Assembly: GCA_030390025.1 (NCBI GenBank)
Contig: CM059432.1
Span: 127,040,001 to 127,104,000 of the forward strand
From: Squalus acanthias
Taxonomy: Eukaryota
Reading direction: 5' to 3'
DNA: 64,000 nt
The translations under genes and the position numbers were made by a program. How positions within the stretch are numbered: position 1 is the stretch's first letter; the number at the start of each line of letters is the position of its first letter. Under the pieces are notes generated by a model, which did no database searches, had not been told where the DNA came from, and was given only the letters and a program-made list of their open reading frames with translations. Of the stretch, positions 12,401-24,400 are shown in pieces.

Positions 12401-15400
12401 ACAACTACCTTGCTTTGTAAACTGCATTTCCTGTAAATTGACATGCAAGGGTATAAGATTAAACTATGGATAAACCACCATTAAATTAAAAATGAAATAG
12501 TTTTGAACAAATCTTCTGAACACAATGAAAACCAAAAGGTGTGTTTTAAGTTGGGTTGCTTGGCAGTCATTTACAGCATCATGAATTGATTTGGCTCAGC
12601 TTCTGACTATAACCAGGAGTGAAAAATTTTAAAAAGTGAATTCTCATTACCAAGAGGCAGGGATACCAACACATCACATGATACTTGCCTGCTATATGCT
12701 AAGTATGTGGCACTTAATATTTTCCATCTAATTTTTGACAGCAGACTTCAAGAAAACATAGACAGGTGGCAGATGCAATTTAATGTGGATAAGTGTGATT
12801 GATACATTTTTGGGAGAAGAAACAAGAAATGCAAGTATACACTTAATACAAAGACCCTGAGGATGTGGATGAATAGGGATCAAATACATAATTCCCAGAA
12901 AATTCAAGTGGTAGAAAAAAAAGCATAAAAAAGCCAGTAGAATCTTGGGGTTTATAAATAGGGGCTTGGAGTACAAGAATAAAGAAGTATTGATGAATTT
13001 GTACAAAACATGGGTTAGGCCACAGTTAGAGAATTATGTACATTTTTGAGCATCTATTATAGAAAGGGTATTAAAGTCATGGAGAATGTATGGTGTAGAT
13101 TCACTTGGATGGAAAACTAGTTATGAGGAGAGACTTGAGAAACTGGGACTATTTCCACTGGAGAAGGCTCAGAGGAGATTTGTCAGAGGTCTTTAAAAAT
13201 TATGAAGAGTTTTAATAGTGAATGGGGAAACAATGTTTCCTCTGGTTTGGGAGTCAGTGATTGTGATAAATTTAAACTGATGACCACTCCCAGAGTCCGG
13301 AGAGAGATTAGGGGAAATTTCTTCACACAGGGCTGTTGGAGCATGTAATGGTTTGCTACATTGCGTGATTGAGGAAGAGCCCATTGATTTTAAGGGAAAA
13401 TTGGATAAATATTTGAAGTAAAGAAAGATACAAGGTAGAGAGATTAGTTTTGGATTGCTCTAACAAAGAGGCAACACGGACACGATTGACCAAATGGAAC
13501 CCCCTCCTGTACTATGTTGGGTGGGATTGGTTGGTGAGGGGCACTATCTGTCTACCAAACTGCTGTAATTTACTCCAAGGAGAGCAGGTGAATTTGAGTA
13601 TCAGTAAAGGCTGAGATTTGAATAAGTGGATCCTCTGAAGGTTATGAATCTACGTAAACAAAACATGTTACTATTGTACTTGCTGGTAGAGTTCCAGGTC
13701 TCCACTGAATATTTGCTCTTTTCTTGTGCAAGCTAGAAGAACTTAGCAGAAGCTAAAAGGAATACAAGCTAAATGGTACAATTTTAAAAAGGGGTGAAAG
13801 AACAGAGAGACCTGGGGGTGTTAGTGCACACATCTTTGAAGGTGGCAGGACAGGTTAACAAAGCAGTTAATAAAGCATATGGGATCCTGGGCTTTATAAA
13901 TAGAGTGTGAGAAGTCGCACAACACCAGGTTATAGTCCAACAGCTTTATTTGAAATCACAAGCTTTCGGAGCGCTGCTCCTTCGTCAGGTGACGAAGGAG
14001 CAGCGCTCCGAAAGCTTGTGATTTCAAATAAAGCTGTTGGACTATAACCTGGTGTTGTGCGACTTCTCACTTTTGTCCACCCCAGTCATCTCCGCATCAT
14101 TTATAAATAGAGGCACAGAGTACAACAGCCAGGAAGTTATGCTAAACCTATATAAAACACTAGTTCAGCCCCAGTTGCAGTATTGTGTCCAATTCTGGGC
14201 ACCACAGTTTAGGAAGGACATGAAGGCTTAGGAGAGGGTATAGAAGAGATTTATGAGAATGGTTCCAGGGATGAGGAATTATAGTTATGTGGATAGACTG
14301 GAGAAGCTGGGGTTATTCTCCTTAGAGCAGAGAAGTCTAAGAGGAGATTTGATAGAGGTGTTTAAAATCATGAAGGGTTTAGATAGAGTAAATAAAGAGA
14401 AACTGTTTCCAATGGCTGAAGGGTCGATAACGAGAGGGGACAGATTTTAAGGTGACTGGCCAAAGAACAAGAGGCGACATGAGGAAAAACCTTTTTACTC
14501 AACGAGTAGTTAGGATTTGGAATCCACTGCCTGATAGGGCGGTGGGAACAGATTCAATAGTAGCTTTCTAAAGGGAATTGGATAAATACTTGGAGAAAAA
14601 ATTGCAGGGATGTGGGGAAAGGGTGGGGGAGAGGGATTAACTAGATTGCTCTTCGAAAGAGCTGGCTCAGACTCGATGGGCCTAATGGCCTCCTTCTGTG
14701 CTGTACTATTCTGTGCTGCACTTATTCTATGATTCTAGATGCCTTGAAATCAAGAGGACCCATCAACCCATCGATTCAGAATAGCCAAATTCAGTAGACC
14801 AACAGGAATCAATGAGAGTAGCACCCTCTATTGGATAAATTCTGTATTGTGATGCAAACAAATTATACTTCAAATTGTATGTTATTATAGTAAATCATAA
14901 AGATTTAATTAAACCAATAGGATACTTACAGCCATATCAAAGACACATCGAGCATCAGCTAAAGCATGTAAATATGCCTCCATATTGCTGTTTGAGCTTG
15001 AAACATGAAACCTGGTAAAGATGTTTAAAAAAAAATGAATGCTGTCATTTGTGATCACTGAGTAGAAGACTTTGCAAGCCTGCCTTTACTAAACTTAATG
15101 GTTTCAATAGCTGCTTAATTATCTAGTTTCCACATTCCATTTTCAGCCTACATGTTGTAAAGTTTTCTGTACAATTCAACATAGTAACTTATTAATCTTG
15201 AATAATTGTGATTTAATTCTATTATAAGAGATAATGGCCCAAAAATTAGTGCCGCTACGCGAGAGTACGCACTGCGTACTCTCGCATATTCTGTCTCCAA
15301 TTGCCGGTTTTCTGCATGCACTGCGCATGCGCTGAAAACCGGCACTTGGTGAATGGAAAAGGGGGCGGGTCCTAGGTGAACCGCGTGCGCGCTACAGGCT

Positions 15401-18400
15401 GCGCGCATGCAGTGCACTTAGTGGTTTCAACGCGCAGGTAAGTACGGAAGATTCTACACAAAAAGAGAGGAGTAAGACCCACTTTTAACAAGGTAAGTAG
15501 TGAATTAAGTATTATTTTGAATTTTTTTAACAGGTATATCTTTTTTAGAGACTTTAAAGACAGGTAAGTTTATTTTTATAACTTTTTAAAAGATTTTAAA
15601 TTTTTTCAAAAATTTAATTTTTTTATTTAAAATGGTTAATTTATTTAACTATACTTATTTTATTAATGTGATGGTTTTTTAAAAAAAATTTATTGAGGTT
15701 TAGCGGTTCTTTTGGGGGGCTATAGTATTTATAGCTTTCACAGCACTTATGTGAAAGTTATGAATGGAAGATGGTGTGCTGCCATTGGCTCTAACTGAGT
15801 CACGTGATCCCACAGCTCGCACGAATTAACTACGCCTGTGGGATACGCAAGCCCAGCACAGCAGCTGTCCAGAACATCAAGTTCGTGCGAGCTGGAACTG
15901 AAAAAGCCAACGCGCAGTGAGAGATCGCGGGGAGGCCTTACCCTCGCACGAAGGCTTCCTCACGAATTTTTGGGCCAATGACATCTAAAGTCAGCTAATT
16001 TGACTGGCAGACTAGAGATACAATTTCTAGCTATTTGAGAGGCAAGTGTGAAAAAAATTACAAAAACGGAGCTGTGTGCCAGGTGGCTAAAGCAAACAGT
16101 TGACATTTTATGTTTAATATTTGTAGCAATTCCCTCCAATAAATAAATGATTGAAGTAGACACACTATGTGTCATTGCTAGCAATAATTACATAAAAGGG
16201 CTGGAAATCTGGAACCTGAGCTGTCTGCATATAAATGATATGGGTGCTGACACTCAAACCACATTCCTCCCAGCAACTATGCCAGATATTATGAAACTAA
16301 GTGTCTAGAAATCTACAAGCCTACAATTTTATTTCACTGTGCTAATGTGGAAGCTACGATTACCCGTTAGCCAAGTTAATATTGATTTGTAGTTATGTTT
16401 ATGGATCCTTTATTTTTCCAGTACACTAACAGTAAGGTTTGGATCTTTTGCAATGGTTTGACTACAGACTGCAAGTTTAGACTTTTGTGCAATAGGCCCT
16501 AAGCAAACTTACTTGAGCAATTCTATGGGCTCCAAAAAGCCATCGGATGATTCTAACTTCCCTCACCTCACTAGGTTCCATAACCTCATTTTTGTTCCTT
16601 TCTTAAGCATATTTTGGAGTGGGGTGGGTCCAAAGAAAGGTGTCCAGAATTAACAACAGGTTTATTGTTGTCCACATTTTTCTATGCTATTTTTTCATCA
16701 GTGTCTTTAAAAAGAGACCACGAAAGAAAATAGAATTTAAAAAAGCCAATTGCTACTATATTGACCTAAGTGGCAATAAAAATATCCCAACTTAAAAATC
16801 CAGACAAGCAGTTGCTCTAGCTACTTGAACCTCTCTAACACTTTAATTACTTTTAGGGATCATTTCTATAGTTGCTTTTTCAAAGAAGATGTTCAATTGA
16901 TTGCATTTAAGTGCTGGCAAAATCTTCTGCCCTAGATTTTATACCATCTGTGTAGAGGGTGCACAGCCACAATAATTTTAGGTTTGTAGAATACAATTAT
17001 ATGGCATTTGAGCATATGTCAGCTTCACCATGCAATTAATTCTCTGATAGATTTATAACTAAATGTCACTTCCTGACTAGCTTAACAGCCCTCACCCCAG
17101 AAATCACCTTGTGGAAAAACATGACAAGTAAAATGCATCTCACTTTACATGTAAGCCAAAAGATAGCATTCTAACATGAGACAAAAATGCATTAATCAGA
17201 CCGTCTAAGCTCCAACCATTTAGTTTACAGAAATCTCTGGTATTACATTTTTAGCAATTGCCCTGCACAGGATAAAAAAGTTTAAATGACATCTGGTGTG
17301 AATCATTAAAAAAAACTTGCATTTATATAGCGCCCTTCATGACCACCGGACGTCTCATAAGAACCAAAACTGAGTGTTCTAAACATTCACATTATTATGT
17401 GGAACTTACACTCCACACCCCGCCCCCCCCCCCCACACTCTGGATAGAACGTCACTTTATTTGTTATCTTTTATTTTGCCAAAATCAAAAAGACTGTTTT
17501 TTGTTCGAGAACTCCCCATTTCCATTCCTGTGGGCAACTCTTTGGCCTCCACTTGGTATTTTCCAATCTTAGCTACATTACTTTGGGTGAAGTCATGGTC
17601 ACAAGCTCGTGCTTGTTTTTTTACGATAGGGATATCCAATCTTTTAGAGCAAGGGACTGGAGTGGGTAGGCAATAATGCGAGGCCCTTCACACAAAAATA
17701 CAATACTTCCATACATAGAAAAAGTGAACCCACAAAAGGGAGACCTACATAAAAACCAAAACTGCTATACACAAAAGTCAACCCAGACACAGAGACCACC
17801 CCCCGTACACACAGAGATTTCCCCCCTCCCCTGAAGCCTGCAAACTTGAAAGCTTCAGCTGTGTCATATTCCTGGGACTGGAAAAGGTAGTTTGTGACCA
17901 ATTAGAGGGCAGTCTTTTCCAGTCCCCCAGGGCTAGGAATGTCAAGGAATCGTCCAAAAGATGCTGATGGAAGACAGAAACCAGAAACAGCTCACAGACC
18001 AGTTTAAAGGAGCGAGTGAGTCACCATTTGGACACCCCTTCTGTAACACATGTTGGTGTCCCAATTTCTCAGATTTGAATTGCCTGAAAAAAGTGTGCTG
18101 GACATTTGGTGTTCAACTTAAAAAACACACTGGAATCTTTACACCAGCTAAATGTTAAAATTGCACCAATGGGCAAGGTGCACAGATCATAAAAAATCAA
18201 TATGAATGTGTGCCTGTACCAAATTTTAATGGCAGAAGTTCAAACTGTGGTTTAATATATAACTTTCAATCAGGAAGCATATTACATTGCTTAGATTCAT
18301 GATATACCATCAGAATTTTATTAGAAAAGAAAATTAAAATTATGCTGCTCACCTGACACCAACCACCTGAACCCCTAGTTCTTTTGCAGATTCCAACAGG

Positions 18401-21400
18401 TGTCTGCAGTCCTTCAAAGTAGCTCCAAACTTCATACTCATCTCATTTTCTTCACTTGAATCAGCAGTTGCAATGTCTACCAAGAGCCTAAGAGAAGAGG
18501 AAGATGATTGGGGCACAGTTGGTTTACATCATCATCACATGTGTAGCTTGAAGACTGTCAGAAGTATGAAGATTATGTTGGCAGGAGCTCCCACTTCCAA
18601 GCTCGGAATGTGAACCTAAATAAAAACAAATCCTGCACAGGAGAGAAAACTGGTGATTAGGGCCTAGATGTGTAGCTACATATGTTGTAAAGGACATGAG
18701 GGGGAGAAAAAAAATGCAGCAAGCCAAGACTCAATTGTTTCATCAAAAGAGTTGACTGGGTGCTGTAACAAAAGACCATTTAAGAACACTGGTGCATTTA
18801 AGTCATTCAATTAAAAACACAATTCTTTCAATTAAAAAGCAAAAACCTATGCTCAGAGTAAAATTGTTTTTGGCTACTAAGACACACTTTTCAGCTAATA
18901 ACATTATTACTGACCTAATTACTTCCCCCACCCCCAAATTAAAACTCCTCCTGCTTATCTTGGCTGAGGTGGCACTACAACAGGTCATTAGGGTCTTGAA
19001 CATTTCCTCCCCCACCCAAACTTTCACTCCTAACAACTACCCACACTCCTGATGGAAAGTGTGATTTTATGAACATGGAGTGTGGACATGACTGAAGTCT
19101 CCTGTGATTTCCCACCAGTGGCAGAACAGCAAGCCTATACATATTGTACAGGCTCTACATGTAGAATGGGTGCCAACAGCCCTCTGGTACCTTGCCTCTG
19201 GAACTGTATCTCAGCACGAGTCATGCCTTTCAGGAGAGGAATGCAAGCTGTTTCTTTGCCACACTTTGTACTACTTTGATTGAATGTGCTTTGAATGTCT
19301 TAGCAAAAATGTAACTTCTAACAGAAAATTTGACAGATCCCTTCTCACCCGAGATTGTTTTTGTTGGCTTTGGAAGTATAATTATTTTACAATATTACAA
19401 TGCACATTAGGTTTTCAGTATTACCTACCAACCCACTATCCAATTCTGAAACATTTATCTGCTACAAACAGGCCACAGTTACACATAGTTTTACTAAGAA
19501 GTGTCAAGGACATCCAGTGAAACTAGAACTTTACAGTGCAGCCAGTTATGGATATCATGAAGCAGACTGAGCACCACGAGTATGATCAATTTATTTCCAT
19601 GCAATATGATTAACTTCCAATTCAAAATGAAATTAACATTTTCATAGGAGTGCACTCAAAGTACATAAATAAAACTAGTGTCAGAACATCTGACTCCTGC
19701 TCCTCCTGGTTCCATATTCAGATTGTAAAAATATTTTTACTTACCTTTTTGGTGGCAGCCTCCAGTGGTCCCTTAAGAACTGCTGGTTTAGCTGCTTTAG
19801 CCAGAGAAAACTGACTGCAGCATGCATGGCACAGGCTGCAGTCAGTCCTGATCCAGTTTCCTAAAGCAGCCTGAAATGAGCATTCAGCCCTCTATAGGCA
19901 ATGAGCCTAACTCTAGTTTCAAGCAGATTCCCGGGACGATTCCAGGGTGTTATAACCAATTTGGTATATGAGGATCTCTCAGCGCAAACTTAGCTTTCAC
20001 AAGCCATACTGGTACCTCCAGCGGCCGTTTTCCGCCTAACAAACAGGCAATACGCGATCCAATTTCTAGGCCATAGATTTTTTCTTCATTTAATTTTGTT
20101 GATATATGCACTTTGTATGCCCTGAAGGATGAAAGCTCTGTTCTGTGCATAAGGATGTCTATGGCTAACATGGCATTTCTCGTGAATATCCACAATTCCT
20201 ATAAAATAGCAAATGGGGGGGGTTGCGCAGGTGAAAATTGTAGTACAAGTGATAGTTCAAAAACAAACTAAAGGGAATAGAGTAGAGTAACAGTCAGAAA
20301 TTGTGCTTTAGGCACTACATGTAAAGGGAAAACTAAAAGATGTAAAGTGATTAAACCAGGAGAGAGAAGTAAGAAACAAGTGAGTAAAACATTCGAGCTG
20401 AAGGACAGGCTAGGGTGTGGCCCAAATAAGTGTTCTTTATACAAACGCACGGAGTATAAGGAATAAACTGAATGAACTGCAGGCACAAATTCAAATTGGA
20501 GGGTATGACATGGTAGCCATTACTGAGACATGGCTGCAAGATGGTCAGGACTGGGAACTAAATATACCAGGTTACAAGGTCTATAGGAAAGATAGGGAAA
20601 ATGGCAGAGGGGGAGCAGTAGCCTTAGTGATTAAGGATGAAATCACTTCAATGATGAGAGGATATAACAAGAGGTAAGCAGGCAGTGGAGACTTTATGGG
20701 TAGAATTAAGAAATAGGAAAGGATTTAAGACTGTCGTGGGAGTTGTGTATAGGCCCCCTGGTAGCAGCTGTGAAGTGCTAGATTGTATAAATGCAGAGAT
20801 TAGACAAGTGTGTCGCAATGGCAGAGTGGTTTTAATGGGGGATTTTAACTTTCATATAGATTGGGATAAGCAGACAAGCACCTGTCAGAAAGGTAGTGAA
20901 TTTCTTGAGTGTCCGGGATAGTTTTTTTACAACAATATGTCCTAGAGGTAACAAGGGGGCATGCCATATTAGATTTAGTAATGAGCCCGATTTAGTTAAC
21001 AGTCTAACTGTGCGTAAACATTTATCCAATAGCGATCATATGATTGAGTTCAACGTAGCATTTGAAAGGGAGAAACGTGAAACAGCTAAGATTCTAGATT
21101 TGGGTAAGGCCGAGTTCAACGGGATGAGACAGAGACTGTCCACGGTAAACTGGGCAAATCTGTTAATGGGTAAAACGACAGAAGATCAGTGGGAGATGTT
21201 CAAAAAAGAATTCAAGGTGCTACAGAACCAGTTTATACCCGAGGGGCAAGAGCTCTACTTGCCAAAAAAACAGCCATGGACGATTAAAGAGGTAAGAGAC
21301 AGCATAAAACTAAAAGAAAAAGCATACAAAAATGCAAAAAAAAGTACAGATCCTGGCGAATGGGAAAGATACAAAGAACATCAAAGGGTCACAAAACTGA

Positions 21401-24400
21401 TAGTAAGAGCTACAAAAAGAGAGTATGAAAAGAAACTCGCAAGGGATATCAAAATCAACACAGAATTTTTACAATTATATTAGGAAAAAGAGGGTAGTCG
21501 GGAGCAATGTTGGCCCCTTAAAAACTGAAAGCGGTGATATTGTCAATGATAATAAGGAAATGGCGGACATGTTGAATAATTACTTTGCGTCAGTATTTAC
21601 AGTAGAGGAAGAGGATAGCATGCCAGAAATCCCAAGGAAACTAATATTGAATCAGGGACAGGGCCTCAATAAAATTAACGCAAGTAAAATAACAGTAATG
21701 AAAATATTGGCACTAAAGAGTGCCAAATCCCCAGGACCAGGTGGTTTCCATCCCAGGGTTTTAAAGGAAGTAGGTGAGCACATTGGAAGATTATAGTTAG
21801 GGCATCTGCAAAGTTCTCTCGATTCAGGAACCGTTCCTTTAGATTGGAAAATTACACGTCACTCCGCTATTAATTATAGACCAGTTAGCCCAACATCTGT
21901 TGTCGGGAAATTGCTAGAGTCTATGACTGAACACCTTGAAAATTTTCAGTTGATCAGAGAGCCAGCATGGATGTGTGAAAGGTAGGTTATGCCTGACAAA
22001 CCTGATTTAATTTTTTGAAGAGGTGACTAAAGTAGTGGACAGGGGAAATGTCTATGGATGTTATTTATATGGACTTCCAGAAGGCATCTGATAAAGTCCC
22101 ACATAAGAGACTGTTAACTAAGGTAGAAGCCCACAGAATTGAGGGCAAATTATTGACCTTTAGGAAATTGGCTGAGCGGCAGGAGACAGGCAGTAGGGAT
22201 AATGGGTAGGTACTCAAATTGGCAGGAGGTGACTACTGGTGTCCCGCAGGGATCTGTGTTGGGGCCTCAACTATTCACAGTATTTATTAACGACTTAGAT
22301 GATGGCATAGAAAGTCCTATATCCAAATTTGCCTATGAGACAAAGATAGGCGGCATTGTAGGCAGTGTAGATGAAAGCATAAAATTACAAAGGGATATCG
22401 ACAGATTAAGTGAATGGGCAAAACTGTGGCAAATGGATTTCAATGTAGACAAATGTGAGGTCATCCATTTTGGACCTAAAAGGGATAGAACAGGGTACTT
22501 TCTAAATGGTGAAAGGCTAAAAACAGTGGAGATCCAAAGAGACTTGAGGGTCCAGGTACATAGATCATTAAAATATCATGAACAGGTACAGAAAATAATA
22601 AAAAGGCTAATGGGATGCTGGCCTTTATATCTAGAGGACTAGAATACAAGGGGGTAGAAGTTATGCTGCAGCTATACAAACCCCTGGTTAGACCACACCT
22701 GGAGTACTGTGAGCAGTTCTGGGCACCACACCGTACTAAGGATATATTGGCCTTGAAGGGAGTGCAGCGTAGGTTTACCAGAATGATACCCGGACTCCAA
22801 GGGTTAAATTACGAGGAGAGATTACACAAATTAGGGTTGGAACTTGTATTCTCTAGAATTTAGAAGGTTAAGGGGTGATTTGGTTGAAGTTTTTAAAATA
22901 TCTACCCTATCTGTTCCCTTTAATAGAGAGAAACTATTTCCACTGGTTGGGGTTTCTAGGACTTGGGGGGTGGGGCATAGTCTAAAAATTAGAGCCAGAT
23001 CTTTCAGGAGTGAAATTAGCAAACACCTCTACACACAAAGGGTGGTAGAAGTTTGGAACTCTTCCGCAAACGGCAATTTTTGCTAGATCAATTGTTAATT
23101 TAAAATCTGAGATTGATAGATTTTTGTTAACCAAAGGTATTAAGGGATATGGGCCAAAGGCGGCTATATGGAGTTAGGTCGCAGATCAGCCATGATATCA
23201 CTAAATGGCGGAACAGGCTCGAGGGGCTCAATGGCCTACTCCTGTTCCTATTCCAACCTTTTCCTATCAGTTGTCATGTAGTATAGCTTTAAGTCTTGAG
23301 CAGATGATGTGATTTTTGGCACCTTTATCAATCCCAGACAATAACTGATTGTAGTGGCAATAAGATGCAGAGAACAATAAACTGCTGAAAAGTTTTTAAA
23401 ATAACAATTTTTTAAAAATCATTCATATCTTGAATGTTGCAGTAGATTGTATTTATAACAGTATTGAAGTGAACGTCATCTAGGATTTTCTTCTTTTGGT
23501 TTATGCAGCTCTTGTAAATTATTACCACCATCTGTGAGCATCACTCAGGTCCTTCTCATAGAAAATGCAGAATTTATAGGAAAAGGTGAATTAAAATTAG
23601 CAAAAAATTAAAATGCTGAGACAGACTGCACTAATGGTACCAATAGTAAAAAGGTAGTACTGTAAGAGGGCCACTACATATGTTAGTCCTTATTCTTTAA
23701 ATTAAGCTATACTCCACATACCATGGATGGATCACCCATCCAATAAGAAAACAAAAAATTACATGGGTGTACGCCCTTCTAGTTACTATCTGAACCAAGC
23801 CTGCACTACACAAAAGCTTCCTGGAGTATATCCTTTATTTTTTTTTTGTGAAGATCAAATCATTTTTGCAATTTTTTTTGATTTAAAAGTAAAATGTAAA
23901 TGACATTTTCTCCATTCGGATTATTTATGCTCTGGACAATTTTTAACATCAGAATACTGAACACAAAGATCAGCCTGTCCGGCCATAGAATCTAGACTTT
24001 ACAGCGCATTGATAACAGCTACTTACTGGCACCCAAGCAATTATATCAATTCAATAAAGGCTTATAGTAACAAGAAAAGTGATAAACAGCAACACTGTGC
24101 TGCTCAGTCTAAGCTTCAAATGGTGACTTTGTTTTATTTGTGTGTGCGGTTTCAGAGAAGTTGTGAACTGAGATACATAAAAGAATGCCATCTTTTGAAA
24201 AAAAATTGCGGTTCCAACAGGCTGATCTTTATTTTCAGCATTGCATTTAAACCAGTGGTTTGGGTGGAGGGGGACGTTCTGAAATTTAAGAAATCTGTTT
24301 TTTTTTTGTCTTTAGATTGGAGTTCTGTAATTAAAAAGATCACAGTGATGTTCTTTTTAGGGATGAGCTTCCTGTAATTTTTCTGTCTGCTGTTGGGTAA

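Larger units (their letters stand above)
13755..14738 (+). mobile_element. CR1 3' fragment with nested palindromic insert
   Basis: YCVQFWAP and [10 protein letters not shown] motifs, attctatgattcta tail. Confidence 0.85.

Noticed and set aside
17375..18046. Possible second solo LTR (TGT...ACA)
   Set aside because: No matching TSD or convincing inverted termini found
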